Below are positions 26,401 to 34,730 of a stretch of DNA of 64,000 bases, in pieces. The notes under the pieces are model-generated. The model saw only the letters and a program-made list of their open reading frames with translations, was not told the origin of the DNA and did no database searches. Within the stretch, counting starts at the first letter, position 1; every line of letters starts with the position of its first letter. This stretch comes from a virus (Duplodnaviria > Caudoviricetes). Location: the IMG/VR virus record IMGVR_UViG_3300049988_000286, positions 256,001 to 320,000 of that record, one strand, 5' to 3'. The translations under genes were made by a program, and so were the position numbers.

Positions 26401-26926
26401 GACGCTCGCCTCCATGGTGGCCCGCTCCAATGCCGTTTTGGTGTCGCGTGAGGTCGAGACTACAGCGATTGGACAAAGCCGCGTCGCGGTGTCGAAACAA
26501 AGCCGGGTTGAGAATGAGTCACGCCTGACCGGAGGGCATCGCAGTATCGCGGAGATGTTCGCACAAAGCACGGGAGCGGGTAAATTCTCTTCCCGGTTCG
26601 CGATCATGGCACGCGCGCGCGCCGCGCTCGAAGCAGCGATCGATCTCTTACCAGCGTTCCGGCCCCGCGCCCATGGTGGTGGGTTCCCCCGCCCGGCGGT
26701 TGATTGGTCGAGGGCCAAACCAAAACGCTCAACGCCCACGCCGGAGATCACCATATCGATCCGTCTCAACGGTCGCGCCGATGTCAAGCGTTATCCGATC
26801 AACGACGCTGTGATCAAGATCGGGATAAATATCCGTAAGACTGTTGCGGGCATTCTGGTGAAGATCACTCGATTGTTTAAGCAAGAAACCAAAGCCACCG
26901 TGAGGATTAGAGATGATCGAGATTAA
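23456..26926 (+). CDS. Long repetitive fibre-like structural protein (degenerate ~18-aa repeats)
   Basis: 1156 aa rich in A/T/S/R/V; RKTINT, RKSIVT, RKSIIA and RKTINT are spaced exactly 18 aa apart; N-terminal GFNPLGGSPLA. Confidence 0.7.
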   Translation: MVGFNPLGGSPLADPPSIAAPVVTPVSCLAATAPADSFTMSTAPVLRGIAAAAKSFFNRVGKLIPQSSAVVATAFDRNNRSITATTAPADSMNLRTSRTVVTPVSASTLLASAKSFSIKTQNAASVLVAATRANLRSIRTSISSLTQVSSPTTRSRSLPTSATPSATLIPSNRLNRALLVSTTAARSLSLAIMSRIMTSSAPLGRASDTTSRTIPVLVGAQATNRFLSVRRLNALVGNIAVLVSSARKTINTSVSSIAIDLGSVRKSIVTMVTLVPTSMDTIRKSIIATGMSVASDIINVRKTINTAVVAFASEFTRNLRTLLVPSTPMAVMFTRQQLLRSVFVTTTPTRTWLNRTNKGAQAAVSLDEPPMVILGIPMGGSKGATMTMRYMKGLQIVATATSTIIERFSLVRALNAASTPLTRSMDVLARSITVEVAAAARNIARVPRTIVATTQPRMIWFATIATTLRATVSPVPRQTISDRATMLARAQTISTSSTIAQRFRTLLALAQPLARVRTVAGVSFKTAVMSAASVTGLSRRFVSITSTTTAAPVLKTIAARFVALMAMVTGSSSQTRSNMRYLAAMSGSVSSATRAIVDSITQTVGVSAAMSRSITDRIIAATVPLAISRATTVVQESATASVINRVDVLPGHAFYTSVLSSAVQMSRVGKLIRGDALGAGTILRSITARMIAVAPGSARVVVELARALRAVTTTIATMSRRVPMSFGVAAPVWVMTRVNAVVALAATVRPLPLTVRSIIERYTATVGTITATTMRTTAKRAAVVGTSTRNTVRTTAVRRVATTALSRMRFNVRPILRGAVAASSTLLRAVAARVIAASVANARLASMIALTARQNAALAASLAITSLRSLMASTSTVTSRSEMDGHDIRASAPVVASSTRLRASSILASVSPLVSRTIQTMNRISTMMLPIADAIRSTARTTLADTISVPVSRIVRDLTTATVVRGNAATRAASDLVIAVRATLASMVARSNAVLVSREVETTAIGQSRVAVSKQSRVENESRLTGGHRSIAEMFAQSTGAGKFSSRFAIMARARAALEAAIDLLPAFRPRAHGGGFPRPAVDWSRAKPKRSTPTPEITISIRLNGRADVKRYPINDAVIKIGINIRKTVAGILVKITRLFKQETKATVRIRDDRD

Positions 26927-27608
26927 GCTTGAAGAGAGCACGAACCTGACACTGGAGATGAATGTCGAGGGCGCGCGCGATTCCAAGCCGGAACTTCGTT
27001 TCAGCGTCATGGTGGAAGGGTTGCGTATGAGCTTCCCCGGCACCCTCAAGGAGAAGGGTGTTTACGAGATCACCTTCCCGAAGCTGCTCGGTCGCATCAC
27101 CGAGGGGAAATACGAGGCGGAAGTCGAAGTGATCGTTGATGGCAAGCACTTCACGCCCCTGACTGAAACGGTCGAGTTCACCAAGGAGGTGAAGCCCACT
27201 GTGTCCTTGAAGGAGACGATGCGGCAGATCGAATCAACGGTGAAGATCACGCGGCCCGTCGTGACCAAGATCGTCGAGGCGAAGCGCGTCGATGATGTTC
27301 GCGGCCTCTTGGTTGCTTTACGCGAGGGCGGAGAAATCGACACCAGCTTCGCGATCCGTTGCGTCGAGGGTCTGGCGAGCGGCCAAGGCTTCACCGATCA
27401 GGGACTGCGCATCGCGCCTTCCCGCACCCTATCGGAGGCGGAGGCAGTTGTTGCCTTGCGTCTCATCCGCGAACATGGATCGGACATCGAGGGCGCGTTC
27501 GAATGCGCGACGCTGCGTGATCTCTCCACTGCGGTTCGTGCAGAACTTCGCGAGACGCTCGTTGATAAGGGTGCGTCGAAGAAAGTGCTCCTCCATCACG
27601 GTCTTTGA
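26913..27608 (+). CDS. Late hypothetical protein (probably structural)
   Basis: Overlaps the fibre gene end; beta-rich N-domain (IKLEESTNLTLEMNVEG...YEAEVEVIVDG). Confidence 0.65.
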   Translation: MIEIKLEESTNLTLEMNVEGARDSKPELRFSVMVEGLRMSFPGTLKEKGVYEITFPKLLGRITEGKYEAEVEVIVDGKHFTPLTETVEFTKEVKPTVSLKETMRQIESTVKITRPVVTKIVEAKRVDDVRGLLVALREGGEIDTSFAIRCVEGLASGQGFTDQGLRIAPSRTLSEAEAVVALRLIREHGSDIEGAFECATLRDLSTAVRAELRETLVDKGASKKVLLHHGL

Positions 27609-27655
27609 TTGACTTAAACTCGAACTGTGGTATCTCGGGGCATAGGAGCCCAGAG

Positions 27656-28081
27656 ATGACCGATCAGAACACCGCCTTCATCGACGACCAGACGAAGGCC
27701 GATCATCTCGCCGCCATTCGCGGTGAGTTGCTTCGTCTACTCGACGGAGGCACGTTCAACGAGGCATTCTTCCAGAAGCTGTTCGGCCCGTCGCGCGACG
27801 AGATGTATCGTCTCCAGCGCGAACGCGACGGTGAACTCGGTCTTCTGCGCGCAGAGGTTACGATCGCCACCGCACCGGCGAGCACGGGCGACGTTCGCGC
27901 GCTGCGCGAATTGCGCAAGGCCGAGCGTCGCGTGAAGAAGTTCGAGGGCGTGTTGCGGGCGCGTAAGTCACTCCGCGCTATCGATCCCATCAATGCGGAG
28001 TGGCAGAGGAGCGTCGCTTACATATCTTCGGCCCGCGAGGCGGCAGTCCATATCCAGCGTATCCACCACGCGCTGAAATGA
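27656..28081 (+). CDS. Hypothetical coiled-coil protein
   Basis: SD GGAG before MTDQN; TTGACT promoter at 27609. Confidence 0.65.
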   Translation: MTDQNTAFIDDQTKADHLAAIRGELLRLLDGGTFNEAFFQKLFGPSRDEMYRLQRERDGELGLLRAEVTIATAPASTGDVRALRELRKAERRVKKFEGVLRARKSLRAIDPINAEWQRSVAYISSAREAAVHIQRIHHALK

Positions 28082-28299
28082 CGATCACGGACGAATTCGA
28101 GGAAGATGGCCATCATTACTGCTATCTTCCTCGAATTGACGAGGCGGATTGTGACGCTCTGATCGCTTTCTGCAACCGGTCCTACGCGCCCGGTTCATGG
28201 GGTTTTCAGTTTGACCCCTGCACCCATTTGTCACACGCTATTCAGTTGTGGTTCCTCGACGCCAATGATATGATGTTGTTGAAGCTATGGCTGGCATGA
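28078..28299 (+). CDS. Small protein of the dispersed F-x-x-x-x-D-A-x-L family
   Basis: WFLDANDMMLLKLWLA*. Confidence 0.65.
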   Translation: MTITDEFEEDGHHYCYLPRIDEADCDALIAFCNRSYAPGSWGFQFDPCTHLSHAIQLWFLDANDMMLLKLWLA

Positions 28300-28532
28300 A
28301 GATCACACAGGACTGGACCAAGCGCGACATCGGAGATACCTTCGTGTCACGCGAGATCACAGTCAAGACGCCGAGTGAGTGGCGTGAGGAGATGCGGTGC
28401 CGCAGCGGCATCGAGCGATGGTTGTTAGACAATGCATCGTCACTCTATCTCACTACCGTGGGGATCAGCCGCTTCACCGTGATCTTCTACGAGGACGACG
28501 ACGCCACGCTATATCGGTTGTGGCTCGCGTGA
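28296..28532 (+). CDS. Small protein of the dispersed F-x-x-x-x-D-A-x-L family
   Basis: IFYEDDDATLYRLWLA*. Confidence 0.65.
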   Translation: MKITQDWTKRDIGDTFVSREITVKTPSEWREEMRCRSGIERWLLDNASSLYLTTVGISRFTVIFYEDDDATLYRLWLA

Positions 28533-28744
28533 TCCACCGCGACGAAACCGAGTGTAACCCGGATGGCTCGTTCGGGGTCAGGAAGGTGTGGTTGCTCAAT
28601 TCAGAGAATGACAATGATGCGATAGCGCGCTGGTGCGAGGAGAGTCTCACCGGCGATTGGCGGCACGTGCCTCGACCCATGATCGATTATTTTTGCTTCA
28701 ACTCGGATGAGGATGCTACCTTGTTCGTGTTGAGGTGGTCATGA
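28529..28744 (+). CDS. Small protein of the dispersed F-x-x-x-x-D-A-x-L family
   Basis: CFNSDEDATLFVLRWS*; GTGA overlap start. Confidence 0.65.
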   Translation: MIHRDETECNPDGSFGVRKVWLLNSENDNDAIARWCEESLTGDWRHVPRPMIDYFCFNSDEDATLFVLRWS

Positions 28745-28989
28745 TCGTATCGAAGTATTTGTCTCCTTGGATCAAGTTCCGAGCATGGATGGGGCAGCGT
28801 CGCCTCGCTGCTTATCAGCACCACTGCTGTCCCGACTGTGGATGCGAGATCAAGCGGTGCGCCGCTATCCCCGGCTGTCGGACGGAGCGTAGTTGCACGG
28901 TTTGTCATCATCGCTGGAAGTCCTGTTACTATTCTACACTCGATCACGGCCAAACCATTTTACTTGCGCGGATCATTGAGCGCTGCTAA
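28741..28989 (+). CDS. Cys-rich small protein
   Basis: CPDC...C...CTVC. Confidence 0.55.
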   Translation: MIVSKYLSPWIKFRAWMGQRRLAAYQHHCCPDCGCEIKRCAAIPGCRTERSCTVCHHRWKSCYYSTLDHGQTILLARIIERC

Positions 28990-28998
28990 CCACCAGCG

Positions 28999-29295
28999 AT
29001 GAGCATCGCGGAGCAGCTTGAGGAAGAAGCGCGAGCACGCGTGGTCGCGCATGTCGCCGGTCCCATGAGCCTGAAACCGCCCATGATCTGCTGGATCGAT
29101 GGTGAACTCTGGTGGCGCGTAGAGGCAGATCATGCTGGAATGCTTCGGCACGCTCGGAAGAGCTTCGTCGTCGGTCACATGCGCCCATGGGCGCGCGACA
29201 ACGCAGTGGAGCATTACGCCCATTACGGTATCGGATCGATGATCTTCCGATCCCACGACGACGCCATGCTGTGCTATCTGGCGGTCGCGCCTTGA
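28999..29295 (+). CDS. Small protein of the dispersed F-x-x-x-x-D-A-x-L family
   Basis: IFRSHDDAMLCYLAV. Confidence 0.65.
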   Translation: MSIAEQLEEEARARVVAHVAGPMSLKPPMICWIDGELWWRVEADHAGMLRHARKSFVVGHMRPWARDNAVEHYAHYGIGSMIFRSHDDAMLCYLAVAP

Positions 29296-29325
29296 CGAAC
29301 CGTCACGAGCGCGTCACAAACCCGT

Positions 29326-29712
29326 ATGCGCTCAAACAAAGTCTTCGTGTTCATCGCCACGCAGAGCGGTGAAGTGAGTTTCACCAAGTCGCTGATGTGC
29401 TGCGATGAGGCCCAACGCCTTTATGACAGCATGGATGTCGGTGGTGCCATCGCCGCTGTGGAATTGGCGCGTGATGGTCTCACGATCGCGCGTAAGTCGT
29501 CGGCGCGCCCGGTAGTGGAGGATGAGCCGGAAGAACCCGAGGTGTTCGAGCCCGAGCCTTTGGTGCTCGTCATACCGCCCGAGGTCACGGCGGAGATTGT
29601 GGCCAGACTACCGCCACCGAAAGCGTGCCGTAGCTGTGAACGGCAGATGACCCGCGCTGACCTTGATCAGCACGGGCGTCTCTGTATCGATTGTGCGGCG
29701 GTCTACGCCTGA
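29326..29712 (+). CDS. Hypothetical protein with C-terminal Zn finger
   Basis: CRSC...CIDC. Confidence 0.6.
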   Translation: MRSNKVFVFIATQSGEVSFTKSLMCCDEAQRLYDSMDVGGAIAAVELARDGLTIARKSSARPVVEDEPEEPEVFEPEPLVLVIPPEVTAEIVARLPPPKACRSCERQMTRADLDQHGRLCIDCAAVYA

Positions 29713-29713
29713 A

Positions 29714-29962
29714 TCATTTCGGCCGCTTTCGGATGAGCATGATCGAAATATCGACCAGCGCCCACAGGCCGATACCGATCGCCCCGATGATCATAAAGCC
29801 GACGATGACCGCGATGCCGAGCCACAGCGGCGACAGCACCCAGAGCCACGACCAGTCGATGACGTGAGCAAGCTTGAGTCCGATGAACAGGATGGTGAGC
29901 GCACCGAGGAAGGTGATGCCGCCACTGCGTTGAGCGGGGGTGGTGGATTTCTTGGTAGCCAT
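29714..29962 (-). CDS. Small multi-TM membrane protein
   Basis: GITFLGALTILFIGLKLAHVIDWSWLWVLSPLW, a motif I recall from phage membrane proteins. Confidence 0.75.
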   Translation of the reverse strand: MATKKSTTPAQRSGGITFLGALTILFIGLKLAHVIDWSWLWVLSPLWLGIAVIVGFMIIGAIGIGLWALVDISIMLIRKRPK

Positions 29963-29986
29963 GTCTGATCTCCCAGAGAGTTGATA

Positions 29987-30613
29987 TCAGGCGGTCATCG
30001 CGTCGCGGAACGCGTACTCGCTGACGTAGGTGTTGGGCCTGATGAACTCCGCGAGCCCCGTCCGCTGGAGGGCGTAGACGCGCATGTCGGCGAAGTCGAT
30101 GTTCGGCCGGAATGCGGTGTAGATGTCCCTGCTGACCGCTACGACGATATTCTTCCGCAGCGCCTCCGCGACGAGTTCCTTCTTGTCCTCCAACTCGGCA
30201 GGGTTTCCGAGTTGGCGCAGATCATCGTTGAACTTCTGATTGACCTCCGTGAAGCGTGCCGTCTGCACTCCCTCGTCGTACTTCGACATGATGAAGTCGA
30301 AAATCTCCTTCGAGCGCGCGACGAGGGTCTGCTCCGTGACGAGATCGGCATCGTCCTCGCTCACGGCGGTGATGTCTTGGATCGAAACAGTTAGCGTCTT
30401 CGCGCCGCCGGTGAAGCCCTTCTCGTTCTTGGTGCAGACAACGGTTACCTTATCGCCATAGACCTTCTCGATGATAGTGATACCGCTGATGGTCACCGTG
30501 TTGGCGAGCAGAAGGCTGACCGTGCGGCCGGGATAATCGTTGAGATAAGCCTCCGCGCCGTTAATTGCGTTGCGGATGGTCTTCTCGCGATCGGCAGTCC
30601 GGAACTTGTCCAT
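29987..30613 (-). CDS. Hypothetical protein
   Basis: SD GGAG; TTGACA-N8-TAATCGTTTAT promoter at 30674-30650. Confidence 0.75.
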   Translation of the reverse strand: MDKFRTADREKTIRNAINGAEAYLNDYPGRTVSLLLANTVTISGITIIEKVYGDKVTVVCTKNEKGFTGGAKTLTVSIQDITAVSEDDADLVTEQTLVARSKEIFDFIMSKYDEGVQTARFTEVNQKFNDDLRQLGNPAELEDKKELVAEALRKNIVVAVSRDIYTAFRPNIDFADMRVYALQRTGLAEFIRPNTYVSEYAFRDAMTA

Positions 30614-30717
30614 GGTTGATCTCCGTTGGGTGTCTCTGATGACCCTGCTATAAACGATTATAGCGAACTGTCAACAGGAATATCGCTGAAGGTAATTCAG
30701 CGCGGTAGACTACGGGA

Positions 30718-31464
30718 ATGATAACTTCCGGCCTCCATCACGGCGACTGCATCGCGTTGATGAAACAAATTCCAGACCAGTCGATTGACCTGATTCTTGC
30801 CGATCTCCCCTACGCTACCACGTATGCGGAGTGGGATCGTCTCATCCCCATGGAGGCGCTGTGGGGCGAATATCTGCGCATCGCAAAGCCCGACACCGCG
30901 ATCGTCCTCACCGCAAATCAGCCCTTCACCTCCATGCTGGTGATGAGCCAGCCCAAGCTGTTCCGCTGCGAATGGGTGTGGGACAAGACGAATGCGAGCA
31001 ATTTCGCCAATGCGAAGAAGCAGCCGTTGAAGCAGCACGAGACGGTGTTGGTCTTCTCGAAGAAGCCAACGCGGTACTTTCCCCAGATGGTGCAGGGAAA
31101 GCCCAACCACAAACAGGGCGCAAGCAGGAGCAATCGCTCGGACACTAGGTTGATCTCGGGTAGGAGCCCTGATGATCTTTCCGGTCTCAAGTACCCAAAG
31201 ACGATCTTGAACTTCCCCAAGCATTCTAGCCAAGTCGGTCTTCATCCCACCCAGAAGCCCGTGGCACTATTCGAGTACCTGATCCGGACCTATAGCGCGG
31301 AGGGCGACCTTGTGCTCGATAATTGCATCGGAAGTGGCACCACCGCCATCGCGGCCATCAACACGCGACGACGGTGGATCGGGATGGAGCAAGATCGAGC
31401 CTACCACGAGGTGGCGGAACGCCGCATCGCCGAACATCAGCGCGACGATGGGATCACCGTTTAG
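30718..31464 (+). CDS. DNA methyltransferase, N6/N4 (beta class), orphan
   Basis: GDCIALM...DLILADLPY (DPPY-like motif IV)...HPTQKPVALFEYLIRTYS..GDLVLDNCIGSGTT (motif I). Confidence 0.9.
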   Translation: MITSGLHHGDCIALMKQIPDQSIDLILADLPYATTYAEWDRLIPMEALWGEYLRIAKPDTAIVLTANQPFTSMLVMSQPKLFRCEWVWDKTNASNFANAKKQPLKQHETVLVFSKKPTRYFPQMVQGKPNHKQGASRSNRSDTRLISGRSPDDLSGLKYPKTILNFPKHSSQVGLHPTQKPVALFEYLIRTYSAEGDLVLDNCIGSGTTAIAAINTRRRWIGMEQDRAYHEVAERRIAEHQRDDGITV

Positions 31465-31736
31465 CGACGGAGTGCGGCACCAAGGTCGGACATCGAGATC
31501 AACGTCGCTCCTTCGTTGATACGGTGAGCCACGACGGCGGCGAGGTAATCGCTGGCGATGGTATCCCATCGGGGATCACGTGCCGATGCCGACAAGGTGA
31601 TCATGCCTTCGAACTCATTCTCCACCACGAAACACTCGATCGGATGATCCCGTGTGCTCCTACTCGTGTAGCGGTGAACTTCACGCCGCCGGGGCTTTGG
31701 TAGCAGGGTGCCATCGGCGAGTTTGAAGTCACTCAC
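31461..31736 (-). CDS. Hypothetical protein
   Basis: GTG 31736 overlaps the upstream stop; the longer track ORF is an upstream extension. Confidence 0.55.
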   Translation of the reverse strand: MSDFKLADGTLLPKPRRREVHRYTSRSTRDHPIECFVVENEFEGMITLSASARDPRWDTIASDYLAAVVAHRINEGATLISMSDLGAALRR

Positions 31737-32347
31737 GCGCCCGCTCCCTGAAGCTTCGCGAGCCGCTCCTGCGCTACCGCGAGGTGCTGCGCTGCCTCCG
31801 CCTTGCTCTCGTCGGCGTTTTTGATCCTCGCCTCTTCCCGCGCGATCTCTCGCTTGGTATCGGCGATCTCGGTGGTGAGGGCGGCACGCTCGACCTCCTC
31901 GCGCCACTCATCGCCCCATAGCCAGCGATCCTCGAAGTAGAGGTGCATCGAGCGCTTCGCGTAGTGATCTTCGTAGCGATCGTCGTAACGATCCTCGTCA
32001 TCGATCGCCTCATCGTCGCGTAGATCACGCTCGCTGATCTCGTATTGGATGGTGACCGAAATCTTCTCATTGGAAGTCGGGTTCCAGTCCTTGACGAAGA
32101 TGTGTTTTGCGCGCTCATCGTGCGCAAGAGCGAAGGCTCTCGCGATCTCGTTGATGCGCATACCGAACCTACGGAGTTGTGCATACGCGGCCTTGGTAGT
32201 GGTGAGGTCCGTGGCCTCGCGCTCCTTCTCCTTTCGGGTCAACGCCGCGTGGGCGTCCTCGAACAGTTTGGTCATGCTACCCAGCATGGGGTTGTCGCGG
32301 TTAGCGGCAATCGCTTCGGCGAGTCTCGTAACGATGTTACTCTTTGC
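31733..32347 (-). CDS. Hypothetical charged/coiled-coil protein
   Basis: MAKSNIVT... after SD GGAAAGG. Confidence 0.65.
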   Translation of the reverse strand, partial: AKSNIVTRLAEAIAANRDNPMLGSMTKLFEDAHAALTRKEKEREATDLTTTKAAYAQLRRFGMRINEIARAFALAHDERAKHIFVKDWNPTSNEKISVTIQYEISERDLRDDEAIDDEDRYDDRYEDHYAKRSMHLYFEDRWLWGDEWREEVERAALTTEIADTKREIAREEARIKNADESKAEAAQHLAVAQERLAKLQGAGA

Positions 32348-32349
32348 CA

Positions 32350-32736
32350 TCATATATCCTTTCCATCGAGGTCGGGGGCGAGGCCAGCAAGATGATAGCC
32401 GCGCTGTACTTGGCGGGGGTAATAGCGAGACCACAGTCGCGAGAAAATACCCTTCGTGGTCTCCACCGCGCATTGATAGGCGGGACGCCGTTCATCGTAG
32501 CGATCATAGGTGATCACCACGTAGAGGACTTTCGCCCGCATAGCCTTGCCCGTCCCGTTATCGACGAAGATCACGTCACCGGGTTTATAGGGGAGTGCGG
32601 CTTTCCACGCGAGGACGCTCGTTCCCATCTCGGCGAGATCGTCTTCGGGACCATCGTAGTCCCACGTGTAGCGATGAGGAGCGACATCGAAATCTTCGAC
32701 GCGCTCCTCCTGCCAGTTACGAATGACTCGGCTCAC
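32350..32736 (-). CDS. Hypothetical protein
   Basis: 128-aa ORF in a coupled run. Confidence 0.65.
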   Translation of the reverse strand: MSRVIRNWQEERVEDFDVAPHRYTWDYDGPEDDLAEMGTSVLAWKAALPYKPGDVIFVDNGTGKAMRAKVLYVVITYDRYDERRPAYQCAVETTKGIFSRLWSRYYPRQVQRGYHLAGLAPDLDGKDI

Positions 32737-33185
32737 TTAACCTCTTCCCACGCGCGGTAAGCGGTATCGACACGAGAGCCCACGCTGCCGTCCTTCTTGC
32801 AGATGCGGATGAACAGCGAGCCGATCAGCGGGAGACCGTACCTCATGTTCAAGGGGAACCGCGTTTCCGCTACCCGCATTTCAAGGATGCCGAACGTCGT
32901 CTCCGTCTCCTGCTTCGAAGACCAGCGATTGACGAACCGGGTCGTCGTCTTCTGCATCTTCTTGCCGATCATGGGGTTCTTCGCTGCCATCTCGGCGACA
33001 CGCGCATCGTCGAGTGCCCGCTGCGCGGCGGAACAGGCGACGTTCGCGTCGTGGAGACGGTCGCGGTTCGCCTCGTGGATAGCGTCAGTCGCGGCCCGGA
33101 TCGCAGCACGGATTTCGTCCTTGATGCGATCCACCTCCTTCTCGGCGGCGCGATAGTCGGTCTGGCGGTCCTCGACGTTCGACAT
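32733..33185 (-). CDS. Hypothetical protein
   Basis: SD GAGGAG before MSNVEDR; TTGACA-N8-TAATCGTTTAT promoter at 33232-33208. Confidence 0.7.
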   Translation of the reverse strand: MSNVEDRQTDYRAAEKEVDRIKDEIRAAIRAATDAIHEANRDRLHDANVACSAAQRALDDARVAEMAAKNPMIGKKMQKTTTRFVNRWSSKQETETTFGILEMRVAETRFPLNMRYGLPLIGSLFIRICKKDGSVGSRVDTAYRAWEEVK

Positions 33186-33244
33186 CAATGTTCTCCTCAC
33201 CGCCCTGATAAACGATTATAGTTCGGTGTCAACTAAATATTTGC

Positions 33245-33613
33245 ATGTTGGGGGTCGAGTTTTCAGCCGTGTATGACGCGCGCCTAGATCAGGTGGATAT
33301 CTCCGCTCGACTCGGTGATGAGCAACTCGGCTACATCTGGATCGATGATGTTAGTCGCCACCCTGTTGTCGGGTATGCGAGCACTGGACCCAATGTCTAT
33401 CGATCGATCAGGGACAATCGTCGTCGCGGCGTCGGCGTGCAACTCTATGTTTTCGCCTCCATCTGGCTTCTCAATAATCAACATGGATCGCGTCTCTACG
33501 CCTCCCAGACACAGACCAGCGATGCAAAATCGTTTTGGCTGCGTCTTTGTGATCGTGGTTGGGCGCACGACGATGGCACCGGGCTTCATCTGGATGTCGA
33601 TCGCATCGCCTAA
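33245..33613 (+). CDS. GNAT-like protein (late)
   Basis: RRRGVGVQLY...LYASQTQTSDAKSFW; TAAATA 33234-33239 lies 5 nt before the ATG. Confidence 0.55.
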   Translation: MLGVEFSAVYDARLDQVDISARLGDEQLGYIWIDDVSRHPVVGYASTGPNVYRSIRDNRRRGVGVQLYVFASIWLLNNQHGSRLYASQTQTSDAKSFWLRLCDRGWAHDDGTGLHLDVDRIA

Positions 33614-33620
33614 ATAGAGC

Positions 33621-34676
33621 ATGGCAAGAATCCAACTCTGGAACCACGGGGCGAAGAACGCCGATTATCGCTTCACCGATCGCACCATCTTGGAATTCTT
33701 CAATGCGAGCGGCACCGGTCTATTCGTTCACCTGTACCTCGGCACCTACGGGCAGGACGGTCAACCCGATAAAGGCGTGACTGAAATCCAAGATGTGGTC
33801 TTTCAGGAGAACCGTGACCGCCGCTATTCTTCCGAGGTTTATGAGATTCGCGGCACCTACAATGTCGCGGACAGTGACTTCGACCTTCGCCAATTCGGTC
33901 TCTTCCTCACTGGTGATACGATCTTCATCGAGGTTCACTACAATGAGATGCTGCGCCTCCTCGGCCGCAAGCTGATGAGTGGCGACGTGATCGAGTTGCC
34001 CCACTTGCGCGATGATGCCCTCCTCGACGAGGGCAAGGCCATTAACAAGTTCTACACCGTGGAGGATGCGAGCCGTGCCACCGATGGCTATGGCTCCTCG
34101 TGGCTCCCTCACATCTGGCGGATCAAGGTCGCTCCGATGACCAACAGTCAGGAATACGCCGACATCCTCGATCAGGCCAATCGCGATCCCTTCGGCCTCG
34201 AAACAGGAGGGACGTTGGGTGATCTCATTGGAATGCTCAATGCCGACATGGCCACCAACGAGGCGATCATCGACGAGGCGGAAGTGCACGTGTTCGCACG
34301 CAACTTCGACACGCGCCAGTTCTATATGTGCCCCGGTGACGAAGAGACTAACAATCCCAATTCGTGGATTTTCTCCGGCGACGGCACGCCCCCGAACGGT
34401 GCAGTGGCTATTGGTTCCGGTGATGCCTACCCCGATGATGTGGAGCCGGGAACTTATTTCCTGCGCACCGACTATCTCCCCAACGCTCTCTTCATGCGGA
34501 CAGGGACGGGTTGGAAGATGATGGAGTTGGATTATCGCCGTGGACGGTGGAGTGCTGCTACCCGTCTCTTGGAGGATTTCTTCAACAATACGGAATCGAC
34601 GACACTCGAAGACGGCACGGTCATCAAGGCGCGTCAGGCTCTCTCGAAGACAATCAAGCCGAGCGCAGATTTTTAA
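33621..34676 (+). CDS. Neck/head-completion protein (T4 gp14-like, large-phage type)
   Basis: DYRFTDRTI.EFF..SGT..FVHLYLG, IQDVVFQENRDRRY, DLRQFGLFL, GRKLMSGDVIELPHL, WLPHIWRIK; late promoter 33611-33616. Confidence 0.65.
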   Translation: MARIQLWNHGAKNADYRFTDRTILEFFNASGTGLFVHLYLGTYGQDGQPDKGVTEIQDVVFQENRDRRYSSEVYEIRGTYNVADSDFDLRQFGLFLTGDTIFIEVHYNEMLRLLGRKLMSGDVIELPHLRDDALLDEGKAINKFYTVEDASRATDGYGSSWLPHIWRIKVAPMTNSQEYADILDQANRDPFGLETGGTLGDLIGMLNADMATNEAIIDEAEVHVFARNFDTRQFYMCPGDEETNNPNSWIFSGDGTPPNGAVAIGSGDAYPDDVEPGTYFLRTDYLPNALFMRTGTGWKMMELDYRRGRWSAATRLLEDFFNNTESTTLEDGTVIKARQALSKTIKPSADF

Positions 34677-34730
34677 CTTGCCTCGACAGTAAACCGGCGG
34701 CTATGGCGGGCTTCGATCAGAGGAGATCGT

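Noticed and set aside
23452-26787. Long antisense ORFs (334, 254 and 456 aa) opposite the repeat-fibre gene
   Set aside because: They are shadow frames expected from GC-rich, stop-poor codon usage, with no start signals or motifs.
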